This document shows positions 35,752-47,208 of a stretch of 64,000 bases of DNA, one piece after another; the stretch's first letter is position 1, and the number at the start of each line of letters is the position of its first letter. This DNA is from Ranitomeya imitator. Taxonomy: Eukaryota. Made by a program: the position numbers and the translations under genes. The notes beneath the pieces were generated by a model. It saw only the letters and a list, made by a program, of their open reading frames with translations. It was not told the origin of the DNA and did not search any database. The stretch spans positions 298,716,001-298,780,000 of the forward strand of contig NC_091285.1 of NCBI RefSeq assembly GCF_032444005.1. Reading direction: 5' to 3'.

Positions 35752-36978
35752 CCCCTTCAGGACCATGGGTATTTTCATTTTTCATTTCTTCGCTCCCCCC
35801 CCCCCTTCCCAGAGCCATAACTTTTTTATTTTTCCGTCAATATGAACAAGTGAGGGATTATTTTTTGCGGGACAAGTTTTACTTTTGAATGACACCATTG
35901 GTTTTAGCATGTCCTGTACTAGAAAACGGGAAAAAAATTCCAAGTGCAATTGAAATTGCAAAAAAAGTGCAGTCCCACACTGGTTTTTTGTTTGGATTTT
36001 TTGCTAGGTTTATTAAATGCTAAAACTGAGCTGCCATTTTGATTCTCCAGGTCATTATGAGTTCATAGACACCAAACATGTCTAGGTTATTTTTTATTTA
36101 AGTGGTGAAAAAAAAAATTCAAACTATGTTTTAAAAAAAAAATAAAAGTGCAATTTTCCAATACCTGTAGCGTCTCCATTTTTCATGATTTGGGGTCGGG
36201 TGAGGGCTTATTTTTTGCATGCCGAGCTGATGTTTTTAATGTTTCCATTTTGGTGCAGATACATTCTTTTGATCGCCTGTTATTGCATTTTAATTCAATG
36301 TCATGGCGACCAAAAAACGTAATTCTGGCGTTTTGATTTTTTTCTCGCTATGCCGTTTAGCGATAAGGTTAATCCTTATTTTTTCTTGATAGATCAGGCG
36401 ATTCTGAATGCGGCGATACCAAATATGTGGATATTTGATTTTTTTACTGTTTTATTTTGAATGGGGCGAAATGGGGATGATTTAAACTTTTATAGTTTTT
36501 TTTATTTTTTTCATATTTTTTTAACCTTTTTTTTACTTTTGCCATGCTTCAATAGTCTCCATGGGAGGCTAGAAGCTGGCACAACTCGATCACCTCTGCT
36601 ACATAGGAGCGAAGCTCAGATCACCTCTATGCAGCAGAAGTACAGCATTGCTATGAGCGCCGACCACAGGGTGGTGCTCATAGCAATCCGCATCAACAAC
36701 CATAGAGGTCTCAAGGAGACCTCAGGTTGTCATGCCGATGTGTGATCGGGGGTCAGCGACGAGGGTATTTCCCGCCGGATGGCTGGAAACAGTAGTTAAA
36801 TGCCGCTGTCAGCGTTTGACAGCAGCATTTAACTAGTTAATAGTGGTGGGTGAATCACGATTCCACCTGCCGCTATTGCAGGCATGTCACGGCTTTAATG
36901 CGGGCTCACTGCCGGAGCCCACATCAAAGCAGGGGATCTGACATCGGACGTACTATCCCTTCCGAGGTCAGAAACGGG
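35752..36978. mobile_element. piggyBac-type MITE (~1.2 kb)
   Basis: TTAA|CCCCTTCAGGACC...GGTCAGAAACGGG|TTAA. Confidence 0.75.
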
Positions 36979-38154
36979 TTAAGAAATATCACTATATTCA
37001 ACATTTTCTGCTTCATTTCCTTATGTTTTCTTAGTGTATAAATGCAAGACATAAGTGATCTGTTTAAGCTATGCCTCATAATATTCCATTTCTGCAACAC
37101 AGTGAATCATCTTTAAATATAAAATTGTTATTCTGATACTGAAAATATTCAGTTTGTCTAATTTTACATACAATGCTGAAGTATGCTGGTTGTAAAGCAG
37201 TGGCATGATTGAGTCTTATTGGAAGACAGATTTAATTGCAAGAACCAGAGGATAAAAATGATTAGTCTTGAAAACTGAAAATTATAGGCAAAGCAAACCA
37301 TCCATCTGGAAACTTGAAATGTCCTAATTAGATTTAGAATAAGATACAAGACCAAGTTCGCTGACTCAATTGAAACAGACAGCTTTAATATTTGTGGAGA
37401 CTTTTTGTTGGTGGTAATTTGGCATATATAATATATTACTGCACGACAACAGATGCTGAATGCAAACCCTTAGCACATTGATTCTATGACATGGAAAATC
37501 ATATGGCCATTTGCTTTGTAACATTAACTGAATTACAATGAAAGTAATTACAAGACTATTTTTGCAGAGGAAAAAAATGTATTATCACATTTTCAACAGT
37601 ACATTTTAAGATGTATATGAACTTTTGCCTGCATGCACAAATGCTGCTTGCAAGATATGGAGTGATTTCATTTCATTCACCCTTTTGTATCACCTTTGAT
37701 TTTTCATGGTAAACACAAAGTAAGTTAATAAAAGAAAATATTCTGATATCACATTTTCTTTCCATGCAACAGTGCTTTTTCATGTGTTTAAAGTCTTTTC
37801 TGTCTTCAGTGTATATTTTCATAATGCAAATTTATTGCAAAAATTACTGCTACTATCCCACTCATTGGAGATGAGCAAATCAATTTGATGAAAATCTAAT
37901 TTGTGTCGAGGTTTTATGAATTCACAAAAACTGGCAAATTCACAGTCATTTGTTTACCCATAGCCATATATGTTGATGTCGATTTGATATTAATAAGGAA
38001 GTTTGCGTTAAAGAACTTCAAAAGAGCTGGATCTAGTCCTTAAAGATCTCTAAAGGTTATTTATGTCTTTTCAGAGCTACTGGAATAGTTGTGATTCAGA
38101 TCAAACTGGAATTTGGAAAAATCCTGCATAGTTAGCAAATTTGAATTTCAAATC

Positions 38155-39432
38155 CCGTATATATACTCGAGTATAAGCCGAGAGGGGGACTTTTAGCCCC
38201 CAAAAATGGGCTGAAAGTCCCCCTCTCGGCTTATACTCGAGTCTCACCTAGGGGTCGGCAGGGGAGCGTGAGCGGGGGTTGTTTAACAATACTCATCTGC
38301 TCCTGGCACGGTCCCTGCAGGTCCCTGGTTCTCCTGGCGCCTCAGCTTCCTGTACTGAGCGGTCACATGGTACCGCTCATTATAGTAATTAATATGCGGC
38401 TCCACCTCCCATAGGGGTGGAGCCGCATATTCATTACTGTAATGAGCGGTACCATGTGACCGCTCAATACTGGAAGAAGCTGCTGCGCCGGGGAACCAGG
38501 GACTGCACCGCACCAGGAGCAGGTGAGTATAATGGGGAGGGGAAGTGCTGCGCGATATTCACCTCTCCTCGTTCCAGCCGCCGCTCCATCTTCAGCGTCT
38601 TCTGCAGTGACACTCAGGTCCGAGGGCGTGGTGACATGGTTAGTGCGCGCCCTCTGCCTGAATGTCAGTGCAGAAGACGCTGAAGACGGAGCTGCAGCCG
38701 GAAAGAGGAAAGGTGAATATTTAAAGTGCCGGGGGCCTAAGCGACGAGAGGTGAGTATGTAATTTTTTTTATCGCAGCAACAGCAAATGGGGCAAGTGTC
38801 TGTATGGAGCATCTTATGGGGCCATAATCAACATTTTTGCAGGATTATATGGGGCAAATATCTTTATGGAGCATCTTATGGGGCCATAATCAACGTTTGT
38901 GCAGCACTATATGGGGCAACTATCTTTATGGAGCATCTTATGGGGCCATAACGTTTGTGCAGCATTATATGGGGCAACTATCTTTATGGAGCATCTTATG
39001 GGGCCATAACATTTGTGCAGCATTATATGGGACAAATGTGTCTATGGAGCATCTTATGGGGCCATTATTACCTTTATGCAGGATTATATGGGGCATATTT
39101 TAATATGGAGCATCTTATGGGGCCCATCTTAAACTTTATGGAGCATTATACGGGGCGTATTTTGTATGGAGCATCTTATGGGGCCATCATGAACAGTATG
39201 GAGCATTATATGGGGCTCCTGATTCAATATGGATATTCAAAAACACTTAACCTACTGATGTCTCAATTAATTTTACTTTTATTGGTATCTATTTTTACGT
39301 TTGACATTTACAGGTAGCTGCTGCATTTCCCACCCTAGGCTTATACTCGAGTCATTAAGTTTTCCCAGTTTTTTGTTGCAAAATTAGAGGGTCGGCTTAT
39401 ACTCGGGTCGGCTTATACTCGAGTATATATGG
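38155..39432. mobile_element. Tc2/pogo-like MITE with internal palindromes and minisatellite
   Basis: CCGTATATACTCGAGTATAAGCCGA...TCGGCTTATACTCGAGTATATATGG|TA. Confidence 0.8.
38795..39215. repeat. ~58-62-bp minisatellite (7 units, each a dimer of ~30-bp subunits)
   Basis: GGAGCATCTTATGGGGC at 38806, 38868, 38930, 38988, 39046, 39107 and 39168. Confidence 0.9.
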
Positions 39433-40510
39433 TAATTAGCTCACCTCTACAAGTCATCTGATTAAAACTTGCATAAGTCCTTGTATATGTAGAGGAAACA
39501 TGATCATTGAGATGCTCATAGAAGATTTTATACCAACGTACATTATGCTCATCTGCTCTAGATTCTCCACTGCCATTATGCCCTGGTCAATGATGTGTGT
39601 GTGCTGCCCCCCCCCCCCCCCCATGTTACTATATGAGGCCTCAGTGCTGGAAAGGTACATTGAAACATCAGTAAACCAGAAGAGAGGACCAAGGAGCTGC
39701 AAATTCAGCCCAGATGGCATAAGGTCAGGTAAGAGCCTTGGAGTATAAAGTGTTTTGACTATTTTAACCTCTTTTATGGTCCTAAACATAAGCAAAACAA
39801 ATTGTAGTTGGTAACTATTTTCCTGAATTTGTGTGAATGAAATAGGTAAAAGTTTGGAATTTTGTTAGAATATAAATTTTGGGGTAAATTTGTAACAAAT
39901 TTGATTTGGTACACATCCATTTGGCCATCTATATTGGAAACCACCTCTTTGCTGTTGAGTTCTATATTCTATATTGCTACAATACACCAGTCTCTACTGT
40001 GTTCAGCTCTGTTATTTTGTGGTTCAAGTACTGTTACATCAGTATCCACAGTCCATCTCTGCTTTTCTTTGAATCCATTACTGCTACATCAGTATCCACT
40101 GCTCAGCCCTGCTATTCTGCGATTCCTGCACTGTAACATCAATCATCATTGCCAGTTCTCCTACATTGCAGCATGGTTGTAAACTCTGTTACTATCTTGG
40201 CTACACCAGTTGATGTTACTCCTGCTGGGTTTGCTACACCTGCCACCGTTGTTTCAACTTTATCGCTCTGCTGCTCCAGCACCTCCTGTCCGTGCTGCAT
40301 TAAAACCACTGATCCTTACTTAGGACTTTGATAATCCACCTCACTAAATGAGTCATAGCTAAATGTAAATGTTTATTTTTCTCTCAATCATTCATAGATG
40401 AGATGGAAATATGTGTCTGTATGCAAGGGAATGGATTATGAAAGCATTCAAGTGAAACAGTGCTTCTGGAACTTCTATTGAAGGTAACAGAAGATAACAA
40501 AACTGTTTAA

Positions 40511-40863
40511 GGGTATGTTTCCACGTTCAGGAAATGCTGTGTTTATGAAGCTGCGTTGAGCCACAGCGTCAAAAACGCAGCGTCCAGATGTTACAGTATA
40601 GTGGAGGGGATTTCATGAAATCCCGTCTCCACTATGCATTAAAAGACGCATGCGGCATACCCGCAAAAACGCACATGCGGCATACCCGCAAAAACGCACA
40701 TGCGGCGCGTCTTTTAAGAACGCAGCATGTTCTTACATTGCAGAAAAACGCAAGGACAGCGCAGGTGACCTGCCAGTGACCTCAGGTGCAGATTTGGTCA
40801 GGATTTTACCTGCATAAAATCCTGACCAAATCCTGATGCAATCCTGAACGTGGACACATACCC
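40511..40863. mobile_element. PIF/Harbinger-like MITE (353 bp)
   Basis: TAA|GGGTATGTTTCCACGTTCAGGA...TCCTGAACGTGGACACATACCC|TTA (TIR 21/22). Confidence 0.85.
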
Positions 40864-42363
40864 TTACAGTTCTAGATACAGATACTACCTCCTTTTCACT
40901 TATGGGAGTTACTGAAAGAGCTTAGCACAGCACACTCAGCTGTTGTGATAACATGACACCTTTGTTTGCTGCATATATACATTAATTATTGAGATGAGAA
41001 TACTGTAGTTCCTTAACTTTCAAGATTATAGGGACTTTGGACTATGAACCTTTTAGTTTTAGCAGGATATTTTATTTTCTAAAAGAGCTTACAGATGATT
41101 TTTAATAAATAATTTTGATGTTCCTTCTTTCACACTACTCAATTTTCTATGTAGAATTATGTTAGTTGTTAACACCAACTCACATATTTGTTGGAGAAGC
41201 TCTACTGCTGCATTAGGCATACGTAATCTTTTATCTGTAGTTTTCCTGGAAGAGCACCCTCATCCTACCTGAATAATATCACAGTTGGAATTAGGACAAT
41301 AGTCACCAGAAGTGATGGGCAAACCCAAATGGACTCCAAACACGAACTTCCGGAGAGGGCATATCTGGCCCTATCACAGCCATGCCAATCGTTAGCATGG
41401 CTGTGATTGGCCAGCGCATGTAAAAAAAAAATTAAAAAAATACGTGGAGTCCCCTCTATTTTTTATAACAAGCGCAGAAAAAGCAGACAGCTGTGGGCTG
41501 CAGCCCTCAGATATCTGCTTTATCTTGGCTGGTTATTAAAAATAGAGGGGCTCCCATGCAGTTCATTAAAGCAGCACTCCCATTGTGAGAACCAACCGCT
41601 GTGAACTGAGATGAAGTCACTACGTTTACTTCAGTTCACAGCAGCGCTGTCCTCATGATAACCGGCTGTTGTTAACTGAGATAACCTTATTAATGTCTTC
41701 TCAGCAATCGGGTCTCGCAAAGCATAGTGCGAGACTCGGCATGGCTGCTGCTCCAGTCGATGAAGCTGCATTCTTTGAACGGCACTCCATAGACTGAATG
41801 AAGAACACTGAAATCATCACTAGATCTCCATATTATGGATTACGGTGGACCCTCTGAAATATTTTTTTTTTAAATAAATGCGGGATAGAGGGAAATTATT
41901 GGGGAGATTTTTTTCTGTATGTTTTTTCAAACAAAGGTTTTTTTTCAGTGTGTTATCTACTCTTTTTACTTACTTTGTTAAAAATGGACACCAGGATCAG
42001 CGCTGTCTTCTATTGCCACGATTGAATCAAAGATATATTTGATTTTTTTATTTTGATTGCTTCAATGAGCATTTATTTAAAATTAAAAGATTAAAACTCT
42101 AGTTAACACAATGCATTTCAGCCTTCATCAGGTGTATAATAAAAATATACCTATCCAACTTTATATCCTCCACCACCAGGAAGTGGAAGGAATGGAAAGG
42201 GGAGGGGGAAGAGGAGAGGGCGGGGAAGGAAAAGGTTTAAACATGTTCATATTTAACCCTTGCTCTGTATTTTTGTTTAGAACCATATTCACACTGTGGC
42301 ACACTAACACTGATCCTGTTTTATACTTTTCTGCCACAAGGAGAGATTAAATCTGTTAGATAT

Positions 42364-42765
42364 TGTAGCGTGGCTAAAGGATGTCTAATCGATGGGAGAT
42401 ATGTGTCTTATAGATGGCTTGTTGCTGTGATGTAACCATGGCTACCTATATGTGTTTCAGGACCTGTGGTGATGTCACAACCACATGTCTGGTCATGTGA
42501 TGGGTTCTGGGTGTGGTTAGACATATAAAAGAAAGCCTAATGCTTAACACAGGTAGGTATGTGTGGAGGTGAAACCCTCCTGAGTGTGTTACGGCTTCAG
42601 GACTGAGCCGGATGAACTGGACACTTGTTTTTCTTTACCTGAACCAAAGGCTATTTGTTTTCTGTTGTTTGCCACATGGTTTATGAAGCAATAAACCCAG
42701 TGAACTTTAAAGGAACACGTCTCCTGAGTGTCAGCCGTCGCAGCTGAGTGAGTGAAATCCCTACA
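42364..42765 (+). repeat. 5' LTR (402 bp)
   Basis: TGTAGCG...CCCTACA with TATA-like ACATATAAAAG and AATAAA. Differs from the 3' LTR at one position found by eye (42561 G vs 47334 T). Confidence 0.97.
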
Positions 42766-42767
42766 AT

Positions 42768-42787
42768 TGGTGGTAGACGTGCGAGCA
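42768..42787 (+). other. Primer-binding site (imperfect tRNA-Ala-like)
   Basis: TGGTGGTAGACGTGCGAGCA lies 2 nt after the 5' LTR. The tRNA identity is inferred from resemblance to TGGTGGAGAATGCGGGCA. Confidence 0.6.
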
Positions 42788-42819
42788 GCGTTCCCAGCGG
42801 AGACGTGAGTTTATTTTGA

Positions 42820-45800
42820 ATGTCCTGGGTCAAGGCTGTTGCAAGCCAGCAAGCATTGCCGGAGAAAATGGAGGACCTGCTGAAACAATTGGTCCAGATG
42901 CAGTCACAGCAGGAGAAAAGGCAGCAAGAGACCAACAGGCTGTTGATGCAGCAGATACAACAGAGCCAGCAGGAGCAACGGCAGCAGATGCAACAAAGCC
43001 AGCAGAAGCAACGGCAGCAGTTACAACAGAGCCAGCAGCAGATGCAGCAGAGCCAGCAGGAGCAACGGCAGCAGATGCAGCAGAGCCAGCAGGAGCATCA
43101 GCAGCAGATGCAGCTTCTGGCAACCGCCATCCAGGGCAAGGCGAGCGCCCCAACCCCAGGTTTGGCTGATGACACCCACGTCTGGAAAACGGTAAGACGC
43201 GCATTGCAGAAAATGACTCCCGGGGATGATGTTGAGGCCTTCCTGACGGTGTTTGAGAGGGTCGCTGAGAGGGAAAAACTTCCGCCAGAGCAGTGGGCAG
43301 AGGTACTTGCGCCATACCTGACGGGAGAACCCCAGAAGGCGTACTATGATTTGACCTTGCAGGATGCCAAAGAGTATCACAAATTGAAAGCCGAGATTCT
43401 CGCATGTTTGGGGGTGACACTGACTGTCAGGGCACAGCGAGTTCACTCCTGGGGCTATCACCGGGACAAACCACCTCGTTCCCAAATGTTTGATCTGTTG
43501 CACCTGGTCCAGAAATGGCTGCAGCCAGAGTCCTCTGCGCCTGCACAGATGGTAGAACGGGTGATGATGGATCGGTTTGTCCATTCCCTCCCGAGGCCTA
43601 TACAGTCTTGGGTTGCCCAGGGTGATCCCCAGAATGCCGATGAGCTGATCGGACTGGTTGAGAGGTACCAAGGGTTGGAAGGCTCCTTCGGGAGGCAGCC
43701 CATGCCGTACTGGGGATCCCAGAAGGCAGCTGAATCCCAAAAAGGGGTGGTGCGTCCAAGGTCACAAAGGGCGGGGGAGGTGGTGCCCAAGGTCCCCACG
43801 GGTGATATTATTTGTTGGAGGTGCCACAAGCCAGGACATATAGCTGCCCGTTGTTCCCAAACCACTGAGCAGATGGACTGCAGCATGGGACGCCGTTGTT
43901 CATACTATGCGTATCCAGCTTGCAGTGTGAACTCTCCGCCCAACGAGGGACCTCAAGCATGTCCAGTGAAGGTGAACGGTCAAGCAGTAACGGCACTGTT
44001 AGACTCGGGGAGCCTAGTGACCCTGGTGAGGGCCACTTTTCCTCTCCACCTGCTCCCGGGAAAGAAGGTCGGAGTGCGGTGCATACATGGTGATGCAAAG
44101 GACTACCCTGTGGCCAGTGTGAACATTGAAACGACATGTGGCACGGAGTCCAACATAGTCGGCGTCGTTCAGGACTTGTTGCACCCTATAATTATTGGCC
44201 GGGATTTCTGTTTGTTTTGGGATTTGTGGGGGAAAGGTTCTGAGCTCCCTAGCAAGAGTAGGGAACCAGTGAACCCGGGAAGGGTGGTGCCACACCCAGA
44301 GTCAGACAGATTTCCTTTTTGTGTCCTGGCTGGAGATGAGGAGGAAGTGTCCCCTGCATCTGACATTCTGGAGTTAGAGGTATCCGGTGAAAATTTTGGG
44401 ACTGCCCAACATAGGGACCCCACTCTGAGGGAAGCCTTTAATAATGTCACAGTTATTGACGGGGTGGTACAGGAGCCGGGGGCAGACACAAGATTTCCCC
44501 ATTTTCTAATGAGCAGGGAGTTGTTGTACCGGGTCACGAAAATAAGGGAGGAGTTGGTAGAGCAGTTGGTAGTGCCGGGTCCATATAGACGGAAGGTGTT
44601 GGACATGGCCCATTCACACATCTTGGGTGGACACCTAGGGGTGGAAAAAACGCAGGAACGGGTTGTGCAGAGGTTCTATTGGCCTGGGTGCCACCGGGAA
44701 ATAGTGAACTATTGCAGGTCCTGCCCTACATGTCAGCTAACTGCTCCCACTCCTCATTTCCGGAACCCCCTTGTGCCACTGCCCATTATTGAGGTGCCAT
44801 TCGAGAGAATTGCCATGGACTTGGTCGGTCCCTTAGTTAAATCAGCCCGGGGCCATCAGTATATATTAGTCATCCTGGACTACGCCACACGCTATCCTGA
44901 GGCAATTCCCTTGAGAAATTCTTCTTCAAAGAGTATAGCTCGCGAGTTGGTCCATGTCTTTTCCCGGACAGGTCTGCCGAAGGAGATCCTGACTGACCAG
45001 GGGACACCTTTCATGAGCAAGGTGATGAGGGAACTATGCAAAGCCCTGAAAATCTCCCAGTTGAGGACCTCGGTGTACCATCCCCAGTCAGATGGCCTTG
45101 TTGAGAGATTTAACAAGACACTGAAGAGCATGCTGAGAAAAGCTATAGAGAAAGACGGTAGAGACTGGGATTGTCTCTTACCCTATTTGATGTTTTCCAT
45201 TCGTGAAGTTCCACAGGCCTCCACAGGTTTCTCACCGTTTGAGCTTCTGTATGGCCGACATCCACGAGGACTCCTGGATATAGCCAAGGAAACCTGGGAA
45301 GCCGAAGTCACGCCCCACAGAAGCGTCTTTGAGCATGTGGCCCTGATGCAGCAGAGAATTGCAAAGGTGATGCCTATCGTGAAAGAACACCTTCTCCAAG
45401 CACAAGAAGCTCAGGCCAGGGTCTACAACCGGTCTGCAAGAGTGAGGCAATTCAATCCGGGAGACCAAGTTCTTGTGTTAGTTCCGACAGTGGAAAGCAA
45501 GTTCTTGGCCAAATGGCAAGGGCCATATGAGGTTGTCGAGAAACTTGGTGAAGTAAACTATAAAATTCACCAACCAGGAAGACGGAAACCATTCCAAGTA
45601 TACCATGTCAACCTTATCAAGCCGTGGCAAGATAGAGAGCCGACAGTAACTCCATCGTTGTTAAGCAACCCAGAAGATGAGGTTGGAGCGGTTACTATAG
45701 CGGAGACGCTATCGGAGTCCCAGAAACAGCAATGCCGGGAGTTACTCCAGAAAAACAGGGACCTGTTTTCCGAGTTGCCTGGGTACACGAAGGTCATAGA

Positions 45801-47208
45801 GCATGAGGTCCTGACAGAGCCCCATGTGCGCGTGAACGTGAAGCCCTATAGAATTCCTGAGGCCCGTCGAGAAATAGTCTCCAAGGAAGTGGAGCGTATG
45901 TTGAAGCTTGGAGTCATTGAGGAATCCAAGAGCGGTTGGTCGAGCCCAATTGTCCTGGTCCCAAAACCTGATGGGGAGTGGAGATTTTGCAACGACTATA
46001 GGAAGTTGAATGAGGTCTCCAAGTTCGACGCATATCCCATGCCCCGAGTTGATGAGCTCATCGAAAGGTTTGGGCCCGCCAGGTACATAACCACCTTGGA
46101 TTTGACGAAGGGGTATTGGCAGATCCCCATGGCACAGGAAGCCAAGGAGAAGACGGCGTTTTCTACACCAGATGGATGCTTCCAGTATGTCCGGATGCCA
46201 TTTGGCCTACAGGGAGCTCCGGCCACCTTCCAAAGGGCTATGGATAGAGTCCTTGCACCCCACAAGGCATACGCTGCTGCGTACCTAGATGATATCGTCA
46301 TCTTTAGCCCGGACTGGGAGAGTCATCTGGAGAAAGTCCAAGCGGTGTTTGATGCTATAAGAGAGGCTGGATTTACAATAAACCCGAAGAAGTGTGCATT
46401 GGGTAAAGAAGAAGCTAAGTACCTTGGATACATAGTGGGTCATGGAGAAATAAAACCCCAAATCAGTAAAGTGGAGGCAATTCAAACATGGCCAAAACCA
46501 GTTTCCAAGAAGCAAGTTAAAGCCTTCCTGGGAATCGTGGGATATTACAGGAGGTTCATCCCAAACTTCGCCACAATGGCGGCGCCTCTGACTGACCTGC
46601 TAAAAGGGACAAAATCAGTAATGGTTAAGTGGTCCGAAGAAACAGATTCAGCCTTCCAAGAAATGAAAGAGGCTTTATGTAAGCAACCCGTTCTGATGGC
46701 CCCAAACTTCAAGAAAGAGTTTATTCTTCAGACAGATGCCTCAGATGTTGGGGTGGGAGCAGTCCTTTCCCAAGAACTACATGGAGAGGAGCATCCTGTT
46801 CTCTATCTGAGTAGGAAGCTGTCCTCGTCTGAAAAGAACTACTCAGTCGTTGAAAAGGAGTGCTTGGCCATAAAATGGGCAGTCGACACATTACAGTACT
46901 ATTTGCTGGGACGTAAATTTAGACTGATATCCGACCATGCCCCACTTAGGTGGATGAGGGAAACGAAGGGTAGAAATGCTAGGGTCACCCGTTGGTTCTT
47001 AGCCCTGCAGGACTTCTGTTTCCATGTGGAACATAGGGCCGGAAAGCTGCACGGTAATGCTGATGCCCTGTCAAGAATCCCTTGTCTAGTGGGAGAAAGT
47101 GCCAAGCCCCACGGCTTTAGGCAGAGGGGGGAGGTATGTAGCGTGGCTAAAGGATGTCTAATCGATGGGAGATATGTGTCTTATAGATGGCTTGTTGCTG
47201 TGATGTAA
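42820..47208 (+). CDS. Gag-Pol polyprotein: Q-rich coiled coil, SCAN-like capsid, CCHC knuckle, protease, integrase, RT, RNase H (likely start Met17 at 42868)
   Basis: KMTPGDDVEAFLTVFERVA (capsid), CWRCHKPGHIAARC, LLDSGS (protease), HSHILGGH..CPTC, MDLVGP/TDQG/D35E VERFN, GPY (integrase), LDLTKGYWQ and YLDD (RT), TDAS/EKECLA/SDH/NADALSR (RNase H). 1462 codons without a stop. Confidence 0.97.
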   Translation: MSWVKAVASQQALPEKMEDLLKQLVQMQSQQEKRQQETNRLLMQQIQQSQQEQRQQMQQSQQKQRQQLQQSQQQMQQSQQEQRQQMQQSQQEHQQQMQLLATAIQGKASAPTPGLADDTHVWKTVRRALQKMTPGDDVEAFLTVFERVAEREKLPPEQWAEVLAPYLTGEPQKAYYDLTLQDAKEYHKLKAEILACLGVTLTVRAQRVHSWGYHRDKPPRSQMFDLLHLVQKWLQPESSAPAQMVERVMMDRFVHSLPRPIQSWVAQGDPQNADELIGLVERYQGLEGSFGRQPMPYWGSQKAAESQKGVVRPRSQRAGEVVPKVPTGDIICWRCHKPGHIAARCSQTTEQMDCSMGRRCSYYAYPACSVNSPPNEGPQACPVKVNGQAVTALLDSGSLVTLVRATFPLHLLPGKKVGVRCIHGDAKDYPVASVNIETTCGTESNIVGVVQDLLHPIIIGRDFCLFWDLWGKGSELPSKSREPVNPGRVVPHPESDRFPFCVLAGDEEEVSPASDILELEVSGENFGTAQHRDPTLREAFNNVTVIDGVVQEPGADTRFPHFLMSRELLYRVTKIREELVEQLVVPGPYRRKVLDMAHSHILGGHLGVEKTQERVVQRFYWPGCHREIVNYCRSCPTCQLTAPTPHFRNPLVPLPIIEVPFERIAMDLVGPLVKSARGHQYILVILDYATRYPEAIPLRNSSSKSIARELVHVFSRTGLPKEILTDQGTPFMSKVMRELCKALKISQLRTSVYHPQSDGLVERFNKTLKSMLRKAIEKDGRDWDCLLPYLMFSIREVPQASTGFSPFELLYGRHPRGLLDIAKETWEAEVTPHRSVFEHVALMQQRIAKVMPIVKEHLLQAQEAQARVYNRSARVRQFNPGDQVLVLVPTVESKFLAKWQGPYEVVEKLGEVNYKIHQPGRRKPFQVYHVNLIKPWQDREPTVTPSLLSNPEDEVGAVTIAETLSESQKQQCRELLQKNRDLFSELPGYTKVIEHEVLTEPHVRVNVKPYRIPEARREIVSKEVERMLKLGVIEESKSGWSSPIVLVPKPDGEWRFCNDYRKLNEVSKFDAYPMPRVDELIERFGPARYITTLDLTKGYWQIPMAQEAKEKTAFSTPDGCFQYVRMPFGLQGAPATFQRAMDRVLAPHKAYAAAYLDDIVIFSPDWESHLEKVQAVFDAIREAGFTINPKKCALGKEEAKYLGYIVGHGEIKPQISKVEAIQTWPKPVSKKQVKAFLGIVGYYRRFIPNFATMAAPLTDLLKGTKSVMVKWSEETDSAFQEMKEALCKQPVLMAPNFKKEFILQTDASDVGVGAVLSQELHGEEHPVLYLSRKLSSSEKNYSVVEKECLAIKWAVDTLQYYLLGRKFRLISDHAPLRWMRETKGRNARVTRWFLALQDFCFHVEHRAGKLHGNADALSRIPCLVGESAKPHGFRQRGEVCSVAKGCLIDGRYVSYRWLVAVM
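47121..47134 (+). other. Polypurine tract
   Basis: GCAGAGGGGGGAGG lies 2 nt before the 3' LTR. Confidence 0.85.

Larger units (their letters stand above)
37866..39449. mobile_element. hAT MITE hosting a Tc2/pogo-like MITE
   Basis: TGGAGATGAGC...GCTCACCTCTA termini; 8-bp TSD CCACTCAT/CAAGTCAT (6/8). Confidence 0.58.

Noticed and set aside
39900-40330. Ser/Thr-rich mucin-like ORFs
   Set aside because: Open stretches switch frames and lack splice structure; more likely a decayed repeat.
42816-43886. Overlapping 117-239-aa ORFs in other frames and on the minus strand
   Set aside because: By-products of the CAG-rich Gag repeat; no motifs.
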